IMG/VR virus record: IMGVR_UViG_3300024272_000051
Span: 1 to 64,000 of that record
Length of the DNA stretch: 64,000 nucleotides
From: a virus
Taxonomy: Duplodnaviria > Caudoviricetes
Direction: 5' to 3' (one strand)
In this document: one piece after another, positions 55,994 through 64,000 of the stretch
How the letters are laid out: each line of letters starts with the position of its first letter
Position numbering within the stretch: position 1 is the stretch's first letter
Position numbers and translations under genes: made by a program
Notes under the pieces: model-generated
Told to the model about the DNA's origin: nothing
The model's database searches: none
The model's input: only the letters and a program-made list of their open reading frames with translations

Positions 55994-57285
55994 GAATAAC
56001 GTATCTTGGAGTTGGTGAGTTGACTAGCGGTAGATGTAGACCAATACGGGTCGCTAAACATATTAAATACGACATTAACACCGCCATCTTCTACAACTCC
56101 CCAATCGCCCCATTTCTCTCTGCATATATCAATGGTTGTTGATAAATTGAGGTCATTTGTTGCTGTGCTTACAAACTCGTGGTTGGAAGAATATTTATTA
56201 CCGGCAATAAATGCGGCTTCTACAGTGATCAACTCTGGACACATTGTATAAAGATGTATTTGCGATGCCCCAATTGGGATTGGTATCAAATAAACATTGC
56301 CATATATGGTGTAAGCACTCGTTCTTGCTGTGCCACAACCCAATAAAGCACAATCATCATAAAGCTGACTGTTCGTACCACTAATACCGTTTGTAGTCGA
56401 TGACACTTTAGTATTTGTAATTGCGCGCAAAGTTGATGCATACTCCACAGAAACTACAATATCTATATCTCCGCTTATACTTTCTATGAATATTTCAGCG
56501 GTCTTATAGTCTGCGGAAATAGCACAGCAATCTGATGTAATGTCTACACCACCCATGGTAACAACGATACTTCGATCATATAGAAGCCACCAGCTTGGGA
56601 GCGATACGGTAACAGTGGTTGAAAAAGAACTGTTGCGATCTACGGTATCTGGCTGGTTGCTCAAAGTGACTCCGACAGGGGAGTATGTAACAGCATAGGA
56701 AGTAATTTCGCCACACACGGCGGTAATCTCAATGTTCCCAGTAATGTTGTTGATTGTGATTGTCCCATCAGCATAAACATCCACTGTCACATCCTGCCCT
56801 CCCATAGTAACAACAACAGATTGTAATTCATAACCATCGTCTGGAGTTAGCGTGGCCGAATATGATTGCTTTTCATATATGGTTGCAATATCGTTATTGG
56901 AAGAACAATATGTCAGACAATTGTTAATAGAATATTGCTCCAAAGCTCTTGCATTTGCTACGATCTGCAGATCTCCAGTCAGGTCCTTGATAGATACTAT
57001 GCCGTCTGCATAGGCCGTGCTTGTAATATCTACGCCATCCATAATAACAGCGACAGACCCTTCGTCTAATGTATAGCCCTCGTCAACAGACAGAGTCGCT
57101 TGATACGACCCTGTTAAAGAAACCAGTCCTGTATTTATAATATGTTTTCCGCCAACACAGTCACTTGCGCCAAAACCTTCAACAAGAGTGGCTATAGCAT
57201 CTGATATATTTGTATCGTTGGCGCCAGTTTCTGTATTGGAATTGAGCAACAATTCAGATAATTTTGTTTTAACGCTATTAATCAT
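55990..57285 (-). CDS. Virion accessory protein with three Ig-like repeats
   Basis: Repeated V.MGG.DIT..Y.DG.I.I..ITGNI.I. Confidence 0.65.
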   Translation of the reverse strand: MINSVKTKLSELLLNSNTETGANDTNISDAIATLVEGFGASDCVGGKHIINTGLVSLTGSYQATLSVDEGYTLDEGSVAVIMDGVDITSTAYADGIVSIKDLTGDLQIVANARALEQYSINNCLTYCSSNNDIATIYEKQSYSATLTPDDGYELQSVVVTMGGQDVTVDVYADGTITINNITGNIEITAVCGEITSYAVTYSPVGVTLSNQPDTVDRNSSFSTTVTVSLPSWWLLYDRSIVVTMGGVDITSDCCAISADYKTAEIFIESISGDIDIVVSVEYASTLRAITNTKVSSTTNGISGTNSQLYDDCALLGCGTARTSAYTIYGNVYLIPIPIGASQIHLYTMCPELITVEAAFIAGNKYSSNHEFVSTATNDLNLSTTIDICREKWGDWGVVEDGGVNVVFNMFSDPYWSTSTASQLTNSKIRYS

Positions 57286-57300
57286 TGCTTTTACCTCATA

Positions 57301-58260
57301 CTACAAAATTGGAGAATTATACTCAATGATAATTTCTATGTCTCCAGAGACTTCTGGGATATTTACAGACAAATTAGTCCCATCTATTGAAGACACAGTA
57401 TTAGTTATATCCGTAGCCCCCATAAGAATTTGATACTTACAATCCGCATCAATCACATTCACTTCGTTAACATACGGATCGCCAGCAAAAACTGCTTTTA
57501 AAGCATTGCTCATCGTAATACCGTCGCCCTGAAGGCTATTGTACGAAAGCGATACGGAATATGTTTTTGCAACAAGAGAGGCAACCTCTGCGACATACTC
57601 ATTAAACATGGCATCTATCTCTGATGCCGTATAATAATTATCTGGGTCGGCGATAGTTGGAAGCGTTACTGATGTTGTAGTTCCATCTGTTTTTTTAAAT
57701 CTCCAAGCTTTGTTACTATATGATACAGAGGATATTCCAACGCCATTCGATCCGGTATCTCCTTTTAGGTTTGCAGAGCTTGTTCCAGAAGCAGATGTAA
57801 CAGTTAATGTAGTTCCATTCCAGGAATGAGTGCAAGAGGTGCCATCTGCACCGTTGCTGCCATTTTTGCCAGATGATCCGTTATACACATTAAAAGCAAA
57901 CGATGATCCGTCAGTTAGCGTAATAGTGATTGTGTTTACCCCGCTACTTACAAGACTTTCGGAAGTAAGTTCAATGCTCGAAATTCCGACACCATCATTG
58001 TAGTCTACGCCCTTGATAGGGGTATAGCCATCGTTTCCATTTTCGCCATTTGCACCATCTTTTCCATCAACACCATCTGTTCCAACAACCACTCCAAGAT
58101 TAATAGGTTGACCCTCAGAAAGTTCTAATATCAACTCATTGTCGTCGTTGATGTAGGCATTAGTGATGCTAACACCATCGTTGCCAGGATCTCCCTTATA
58201 GGAGTAAATTTCTGTGATTTTTCCGTCTTCGCCACGGACTCTCAAAATTGGATCTGCCAT
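57301..58260 (-). CDS. Collagen-like tail fibre/BppU-type protein
   Basis: G-X-Y triplets, GYTPIKGVDY, SCTHSWNGT. Confidence 0.65.
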   Translation of the reverse strand: MADPILRVRGEDGKITEIYSYKGDPGNDGVSITNAYINDDNELILELSEGQPINLGVVVGTDGVDGKDGANGENGNDGYTPIKGVDYNDGVGISSIELTSESLVSSGVNTITITLTDGSSFAFNVYNGSSGKNGSNGADGTSCTHSWNGTTLTVTSASGTSSANLKGDTGSNGVGISSVSYSNKAWRFKKTDGTTTSVTLPTIADPDNYYTASEIDAMFNEYVAEVASLVAKTYSVSLSYNSLQGDGITMSNALKAVFAGDPYVNEVNVIDADCKYQILMGATDITNTVSSIDGTNLSVNIPEVSGDIEIIIEYNSPIL

Positions 58261-58271
58261 AGTATCACCCC

Positions 58272-60956
58272 CTAATCAATAACGCGAGCAAATAGATTTG
58301 CTCCATCGTCAACACCACAACTAAATCGAATATAATGCATGTCGCTCCAAGATCCAGATACTGGAGCATTTGAACAAGTGCTGGAGTCCCAATATAAGTA
58401 TGTATCGTCGGTAGTACTATAAGCTGGGCCACCATATCCTTCTTTTAGCAAATTGGAATAATTAATCGCCTGTATTAAGGAGTGTGATGCATCATATACA
58501 CATACATAGGAAGCAGAGTTGTTCCAAGAACCACCAGTTACTTCAAGTTTTTGCCCATACTCGAATTCAATGAATCCGACAGCGGCAGAAGCTATTGAGG
58601 ATGTGGTGACTTGACCACTGGAGTTCAATCTATATTCGTTTTTATATCCAGTACCATTGAAGATGTTGCCATTTTCATCTTCAGATGTTAAGACCACATT
58701 TGCTCCACTGCTTGTAGCAACGACTGTAATGATAATATTCCCGGTAACTTTATCAATAGATATGATACCGTCAGAATAGACAGTGTCTGATATATTGACT
58801 CCACCCATAGTGACCACCACACTCTCAAGAACATACCCACTGGACGCAGTGATGTTAGCAGTGTACCTTTCGCCGTTGGAAATGGTAGTAGCACTGTTGT
58901 CGTTAGTTGCATATGTTAAGTTGTTAACAACCGACCACACATCTTCTACTTCATCGGCATATTTGATTTCCTCGTTTACAGTCAAAATACTGTTATCTGT
59001 AATATTGGCGCAACAAACGCGAATAAATGCAGTGTTTTCTAAAGATACAGAGGCACCGCTAACTGTTGCACTAATAGAAGTATTAACTGTAAAGTCTGTG
59101 CAGTTTCCAGCATTATCTACCGTCGCATTCATTTGACCGAGATACCAAGCACTATTTGCCTGTATAAATGCTATATAATTCTTTTCAGAGTCATAGAAAA
59201 CAATACGATGATTCCCGTCATTGGTAGAAAAAGACATGTCTTGCATACGGATAATATCTCCGTTTTTAACAGGAATAAATCCCGTGGTGCACACGGCAGC
59301 ATTTGTACTTTCAACACCACCATTGATGTAGGTCTTTGCCTTATATCCTGTTCCGTTGTATACGTTGCCACTGGTGTCAGTAGAAATTGGGATTTGATTA
59401 GTGCAGGCAAGGGCGATTTCCGCACTTGCGGTAATAACTACATCTCCGATTACTGATCCAATGGTTATTATGCCGTCAGAATAAACAGAAGAGGTTATGT
59501 CTTCTCCGCCCATTGTTACAAAAACAGATGTAATAATACAATGTTCACTAGGTATTAGAGTTGCAGTAAAAGACTTACCTTCTTCGGCGCTCCCTGCCTC
59601 ATTTGAAATCGTCAAATTCGACAAAGCGTTTGTGATACTATAATATACAGTGTCTCCATACCCAATTGTCCGATCCCTACCTGCTCCGTAGCAGAATGAA
59701 TAGATAATTTCTTCTGACGGATTAATAACATTAATTACAAAAGAAGTATCTTTGGCTGAGCCGACCGTCTTTAAATAATCAAGCTTTTCGCCATTAGAAT
59801 CTTTTTCCTGAAAATCAATGTCTGTATAACTGCCAACTGTTGAGTAATAATTTTCTCTATTATACTGACCGTTTGGAACACAGATACGCCAAGCATCATA
59901 CGAGACAGAGCTACTGTTCTCATAGACACTAAGCTTGTCTGTCTTGAAATTATGGACATGCCCATGAAACTGTGCTATGAACTTTGCCATATTCGCGGAA
60001 GCGAAATCAATAATGTGACTTATCTCATCCTCTGAAGAAATTGTAATTGAACTGCCTTCAACATAAGCCTTAAACAGTTCGCTGAGTGGCATCGTATTAC
60101 CATAATCAGCGGGGTAGTGAGATAAAACTATAAAGCCCCATTCGGACGCATCGGTTTTACTATTCAAATCTAATAAGGCATTCGCAAGCCAAATGCGCTG
60201 AGAGCCAAGCGTTCCTTTATCGGTTTGGTTAACAACCAAGGATTCGCTGGTATTAAGCAGAAATACTCGTAGCTTTTTATCAGAAAAGTCACGATAACAG
60301 TAGCCTCCATTTTCTACCCCACCAACTACGGTGTCTTCACTTTCAGAAAGAGCAGTGTATTGACCATACAGATAATCGCCAGTCTCGGTATATGTACCAC
60401 TGTTTCCATCACTAATCATCTGGTTATGATAGTAAATACCGGTATCATGATTGCCGATAGCATGAAAGCAGGGAATGCCCTCGTGAGATTCCTTTAGTAG
60501 TGAAAATGTATCAGATGCTTGAGATTGTAATAACTCGGAGGTTGTCTTTGCACTACCCCAAGTAGAGTCTCCTAAATGTGCCATGAAATCAAAATCTAAA
60601 ATATAAGAAAGGATCTTTGCTGCCATGGCACTATGTAGATTGCTTGTATTGGTTTGAACACCATCGGCATCTGTATATGTATCGCTGTCAGCTTGTGCAC
60701 CATATTGGTGGGTATCACTCATTGTAAGGAACACGATGCTTTCATCTCTTAAAACAGACTTCACTTCATTGGCAACACGCAAAGCTTCGGCCTTGACATA
60801 GTCTGGAATATTCGCATGAGCGATTTCCTCTGTTAGACTCAAAGCAGAAACCGCTGTTATCATATCGTCTAAGCTCAACTTAGCTGTTGTTCCTGTCTTT
60901 TCTCGGATGGCATTGGCAAGGTTTGTCATTTTTTGATTTACTTCATATACAGCCAT
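58272..60956 (-). CDS. Calcineurin-like metallophosphoesterase fused to Ig-like repeats
   Basis: SDTH, HLGD, IGNHD, SH, HGHVH; two Ig-like repeats C-terminal. Confidence 0.8.
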   Translation of the reverse strand: MAVYEVNQKMTNLANAIREKTGTTAKLSLDDMITAVSALSLTEEIAHANIPDYVKAEALRVANEVKSVLRDESIVFLTMSDTHQYGAQADSDTYTDADGVQTNTSNLHSAMAAKILSYILDFDFMAHLGDSTWGSAKTTSELLQSQASDTFSLLKESHEGIPCFHAIGNHDTGIYYHNQMISDGNSGTYTETGDYLYGQYTALSESEDTVVGGVENGGYCYRDFSDKKLRVFLLNTSESLVVNQTDKGTLGSQRIWLANALLDLNSKTDASEWGFIVLSHYPADYGNTMPLSELFKAYVEGSSITISSEDEISHIIDFASANMAKFIAQFHGHVHNFKTDKLSVYENSSSVSYDAWRICVPNGQYNRENYYSTVGSYTDIDFQEKDSNGEKLDYLKTVGSAKDTSFVINVINPSEEIIYSFCYGAGRDRTIGYGDTVYYSITNALSNLTISNEAGSAEEGKSFTATLIPSEHCIITSVFVTMGGEDITSSVYSDGIITIGSVIGDVVITASAEIALACTNQIPISTDTSGNVYNGTGYKAKTYINGGVESTNAAVCTTGFIPVKNGDIIRMQDMSFSTNDGNHRIVFYDSEKNYIAFIQANSAWYLGQMNATVDNAGNCTDFTVNTSISATVSGASVSLENTAFIRVCCANITDNSILTVNEEIKYADEVEDVWSVVNNLTYATNDNSATTISNGERYTANITASSGYVLESVVVTMGGVNISDTVYSDGIISIDKVTGNIIITVVATSSGANVVLTSEDENGNIFNGTGYKNEYRLNSSGQVTTSSIASAAVGFIEFEYGQKLEVTGGSWNNSASYVCVYDASHSLIQAINYSNLLKEGYGGPAYSTTDDTYLYWDSSTCSNAPVSGSWSDMHYIRFSCGVDDGANLFARVID

Positions 60957-61780
60957 TACCATTCACCACCTAAAATAAGAGTATCCACATAGTTTTTGAT
61001 TTCGTCTTTATCTGATTCGGTCCAATAATCAATTCCCTTTTGTGGAGTATATCCATCCTCTCCATCTTGACCTTTCAAATCAACAGATGTTTCTCCGGAA
61101 GCAGATTTGATAGTCAAAACAGTTCCGTTCCAAGAGTGTGTGCAAGAAGTACCAGGCACACCATCTTGGCCGTCCTCTCCATTTTTAATGACAACTGTAT
61201 TAGATCCATTTTTATCTGTGATAGTTATGGTCGAGCCATCATCTGTTTTTTCTACAGTAATAGTGGGTGAAAAACCATCATCACCATCAGTTCCGCTTTC
61301 TCCAGAGGGGATCGTAATTATTTGATCTGAAACCTCGTTCATACCGTCCAAATTTGCTCTAAAAGAGATTTTGATTGTGTTTGCGTCAACTTGCGAGACT
61401 GTGGGTGTATAGTATCCACCATCTCCAACAGTTGGCGCAACGGTATTGCCACCGCTCGGCAAAATTTGAATCCTACAATCATCCGGCATGTCACCATCAC
61501 CGATATAGATGTCCGCAATACCATCTGTACCATTTCTAACAGTAAAGTCAACAACCTTGCCATTCGCCAGTGTAAAAGTGATCTTATTTTCACCACCGCT
61601 GGCATCGCTCTCTTCTGTTGTGATATCAACAACGCCAGCCTCTGCAATCTCTTTTAATATTCGATCAATCTTTACAATATTAGAATCGTCGGCAGAACTA
61701 TTCATTTTTGCTCTCCAATCCTTAAAGAGCGTGGAACTGTCGTCTTCGACATACAGCCCATAATTAATTGTTTCAGCCAT
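60956..61780 (-). CDS. Collagen-like tail fibre/BppU-type protein
   Basis: DGFSPTITV, SCTHSWNGT, GYTPQKGIDYWT. Confidence 0.65.
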   Translation of the reverse strand: MAETINYGLYVEDDSSTLFKDWRAKMNSSADDSNIVKIDRILKEIAEAGVVDITTEESDASGGENKITFTLANGKVVDFTVRNGTDGIADIYIGDGDMPDDCRIQILPSGGNTVAPTVGDGGYYTPTVSQVDANTIKISFRANLDGMNEVSDQIITIPSGESGTDGDDGFSPTITVEKTDDGSTITITDKNGSNTVVIKNGEDGQDGVPGTSCTHSWNGTVLTIKSASGETSVDLKGQDGEDGYTPQKGIDYWTESDKDEIKNYVDTLILGGEW

Positions 61781-61828
61781 TTTTACCTCCTTTCATACAT
61801 GCTTGTATAAAATGACAGTTTGGCCTAA

Positions 61829-61990
61829 TTAGTATTCAACGCCGTAAAGATCAAAAAGATCTTTTACGGCGTTGGTTTTTAATATTTTCTTTTGTTGCCC
61901 TTGGTTTAAGGCATCATATACTGTTTGTAAGGCCAATTTTGTATTCGTTTTTGCCTCTTGTACAGCCAAAGTCAATTCTTCTTTTGTCAT
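61829..61990 (-). CDS. 53-aa hypothetical protein (below ORF track cutoff)
   Basis: MTKEELTLAVQEAK...; overlaps upstream stop. Confidence 0.6.
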   Translation of the reverse strand: MTKEELTLAVQEAKTNTKLALQTVYDALNQGQQKKILKTNAVKDLFDLYGVEY

Positions 61991-62232
61991 AGTTTCACCC
62001 CAAATTCTGCAAGGGCCATTTCATAATCAGACGTAGTGGCCAATTCAGTATCACAAAAAGCACTATCTGGTGTTAATATCGGCACATCGGTCTCATTATA
62101 TACCCTATTACTCCCGATAGGATCGATTGCCTCATCATACAAAACATCGTCACGTTCAATCATATAACCACTGTCTGAGTATTTTTGTAAAAACTCAACA
62201 TCGTCAATGACTATTGTTTTTTGTACAATCAT
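61987..62232 (-). CDS. Small tail-fibre-associated protein
   Basis: YSDSG..YDEAID..YNETD motif, directly after the LRR gene. Confidence 0.6.
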   Translation of the reverse strand: MIVQKTIVIDDVEFLQKYSDSGYMIERDDVLYDEAIDPIGSNRVYNETDVPILTPDSAFCDTELATTSDYEMALAEFGVKL

Positions 62233-62235
62233 ACG

Positions 62236-64000
62236 TTATACACCTCCGCAAATATCCTGATAATCTTCGATAGCTCTAAACCTTTTTGATAAAGTGCTCC
62301 AGTTAGTTGCAGACTTGTATTCGGACAGTAAGGCTTTTGGAACATATATATATCCGGTAGTTGTCAGAGAGCTGCTTGCAAAAGCTGTTGTAGACGCTAA
62401 TGCGCATACAGTGTCGCTCCTGAGAATTAACGCATCTAACGGTGTATAATTAAACGAGTTACCCTCTATTTTTGTTGCGACATGAAAATCTGCCTTTGTT
62501 AAAAATTCACACTTCCAGAATGAGCTTGTTGTTACGGTCTGTAGTTTTGTGCATACGACGCTTGTAAGTCCAGATTGAGAAAATGTGCTACTACCAAGAA
62601 ATTTCTTGATATTTGAAAAGTCAAAATTTGTTAAAGAAGAGCATTTTGAGAAAACCGCTCCGGGCAACTCTTCTATAGCAGGTGAAAGTTTAACACTTTG
62701 TAGATTGGTACACCCGTAAAACGCGCTTCCCTCCAATTCGACAACTCCTGGTAAATAGACCTCTTTTAGATCAACGCACCCATTGAATGCGCTATATCCA
62801 ACTTTACTTACATTTTCAGCATGTATACTGGACAAAGACTTGCAATCCATGAATGCACACTCTCCAATATGTGTTGCGCTTGGAAGATCGGCGACTTTTA
62901 ACGATGAGCATCGCGCAAAACAACGATCAGCCACCACGTTTAAAAGAGGGAAGGGGGTAGACTCAATGTTTGACCATTCAAATGCACCCTCATACCCATA
63001 ATCACCTTCGCCAACATCGATAAACTCAACAAGGGGGGAGTTTATGCTGTATAGATTTTTACATCCAAAAAATGCCGCTCCACCTATTGTGCGCACGCGA
63101 GGAAAATCTACATACAATAGACTGGTATTCCTATAAAATGCATATGGAGCAATTTCGCCCAAACTGTTACTACTCATATTGAAACTTGATCGAGAAATAA
63201 GATCGTCATAAACAGATATTTCCCAATCAAGCATCGGTAAATTACCAGTATACACAAACCCGAATATTTCTGCAAAGTCCAATCCGCACATATGTTCATG
63301 TTCCACATCAATTGCAACGTCTTCATAGTGGTCATCGGCCTGAATGTTAAACGGCTTTCTGCTAACACCCCTCAAATATGCGACATTATTATAGCTTCCG
63401 ACAGAGGTGCTTCTACATGTTACATATATCGCGCTACCTGCATAAAAGTCATTTTCGTCAATTATTCCATCCTCGTTTGTATCTATGTTGCGCTCAATAT
63501 AATCAGCTGCACCAGCAGTGAAACAATTGTGTACATAGAAACTTTCTATTTGCGTTTCACCAAAAAGACCAGCAGAATGCCAGCGGCTTGTTCCGTCTAG
63601 CGAATGACTTCCATAGTTTCCAGTATTATAGCAATTGTTTACTATTGTCGTGCGAGTTGATGTATCAATATCGCCTACAGCAGTAGCAAACAAGTCTACA
63701 AGGTATTCGGATTTATTTCGATCATACAGTCTTATCCAGGCATTCTCAGCTCTACCAGATCTATATGTTATATTACAGTAAGTGTCGTTATCGGTGCGCA
63801 TCGATACATCTATAAAATCATTATTTGATATTATATCAATGTCATCAATAGAAGAGCCTGCATTTTCTAAGATGCCTTTGGCTTCAAATTCAATAGTCTT
63901 TCCGCTGATAACCTCTATATCGTTGGCTTGAATTAATTTTATGCTGTTTAACATAATCGTTGGTCTTGAGCCATAACTGGGGTCAGAATGTTCTATGCTT
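62236..64000 (-). CDS. BspA-type leucine-rich repeat protein (5' end outside window)
   Basis: Repeated IG..AF.GC..L..V.LP; IYVP..L...YK.ATNWS; frame open to window edge. Confidence 0.85.
   Translation of the reverse strand, partial: SIEHSDPSYGSRPTIMLNSIKLIQANDIEVISGKTIEFEAKGILENAGSSIDDIDIISNNDFIDVSMRTDNDTYCNITYRSGRAENAWIRLYDRNKSEYLVDLFATAVGDIDTSTRTTIVNNCYNTGNYGSHSLDGTSRWHSAGLFGETQIESFYVHNCFTAGAADYIERNIDTNEDGIIDENDFYAGSAIYVTCRSTSVGSYNNVAYLRGVSRKPFNIQADDHYEDVAIDVEHEHMCGLDFAEIFGFVYTGNLPMLDWEISVYDDLISRSSFNMSSNSLGEIAPYAFYRNTSLLYVDFPRVRTIGGAAFFGCKNLYSINSPLVEFIDVGEGDYGYEGAFEWSNIESTPFPLLNVVADRCFARCSSLKVADLPSATHIGECAFMDCKSLSSIHAENVSKVGYSAFNGCVDLKEVYLPGVVELEGSAFYGCTNLQSVKLSPAIEELPGAVFSKCSSLTNFDFSNIKKFLGSSTFSQSGLTSVVCTKLQTVTTSSFWKCEFLTKADFHVATKIEGNSFNYTPLDALILRSDTVCALASTTAFASSSLTTTGYIYVPKALLSEYKSATNWSTLSKRFRAIEDYQDICGGV

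Noticed and set aside
55220-64000. Diversity-generating retroelement acting on tail proteins
   Set aside because: No reverse transcriptase and no adenine-specific TR/VR pair seen in this window.
131-64000. Stop-codon recoding
   Set aside because: Genes tile normally under code 11, all three stops are used, and there is no suppressor tRNA.

Overview
The window is part of a large temperate phage genome in its free (attP-intact) form. The host is probably a Clostridia-type Bacillota, judged from Gram-positive SOS boxes, strong SD sequences and a CHAP+SLH endolysin. Bases ~130-52.2 kb are almost all + strand. They hold an accessory region of many small ORFs with 14 canonical-type tRNA genes, a tRNA-like RNA and several structured intergenic RNAs. 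They also hold an NAD-rebuilding operon (pncA, prs-like, NAMPT-like, HAD, nadE), NADAR, an Ntn protease, an ATP-dependent ligase, IscS and an SPbeta-like control region (SOS boxes, MazF, MrpR-like repressor). Replication genes (ERF, SSB, PD-(D/E)XK nuclease, DnaB, DnaG, DnaE), nucleotide metabolism genes (ThyX-like, dNMP kinase, NrdJ, dUTPase), and xis/int followed by an attP matching the 3' half of tRNA-Trp complete this strand. Bases 52.8-64 kb are a - strand lysis and virion-accessory module. Best candidates for new biology: (1) an orphan coiled-coil gene (6691-7332) with two tandem covarying RNA modules upstream, each showing a tRNA-Tyr-like anticodon loop, and a ~470-nt structured RNA downstream; (2) a probable deamidated (nicotinate/NaAD) variant of the phage NAD-reconstitution pathway, supported by an Asp-to-Ala change at the NAMPT specificity residue; (3) an antitoxin-less MazF co-transcribed with the MrpR-like repressor just downstream of a triple-SOS-box promoter. 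All family calls come from motif recognition by eye, not from database searches.
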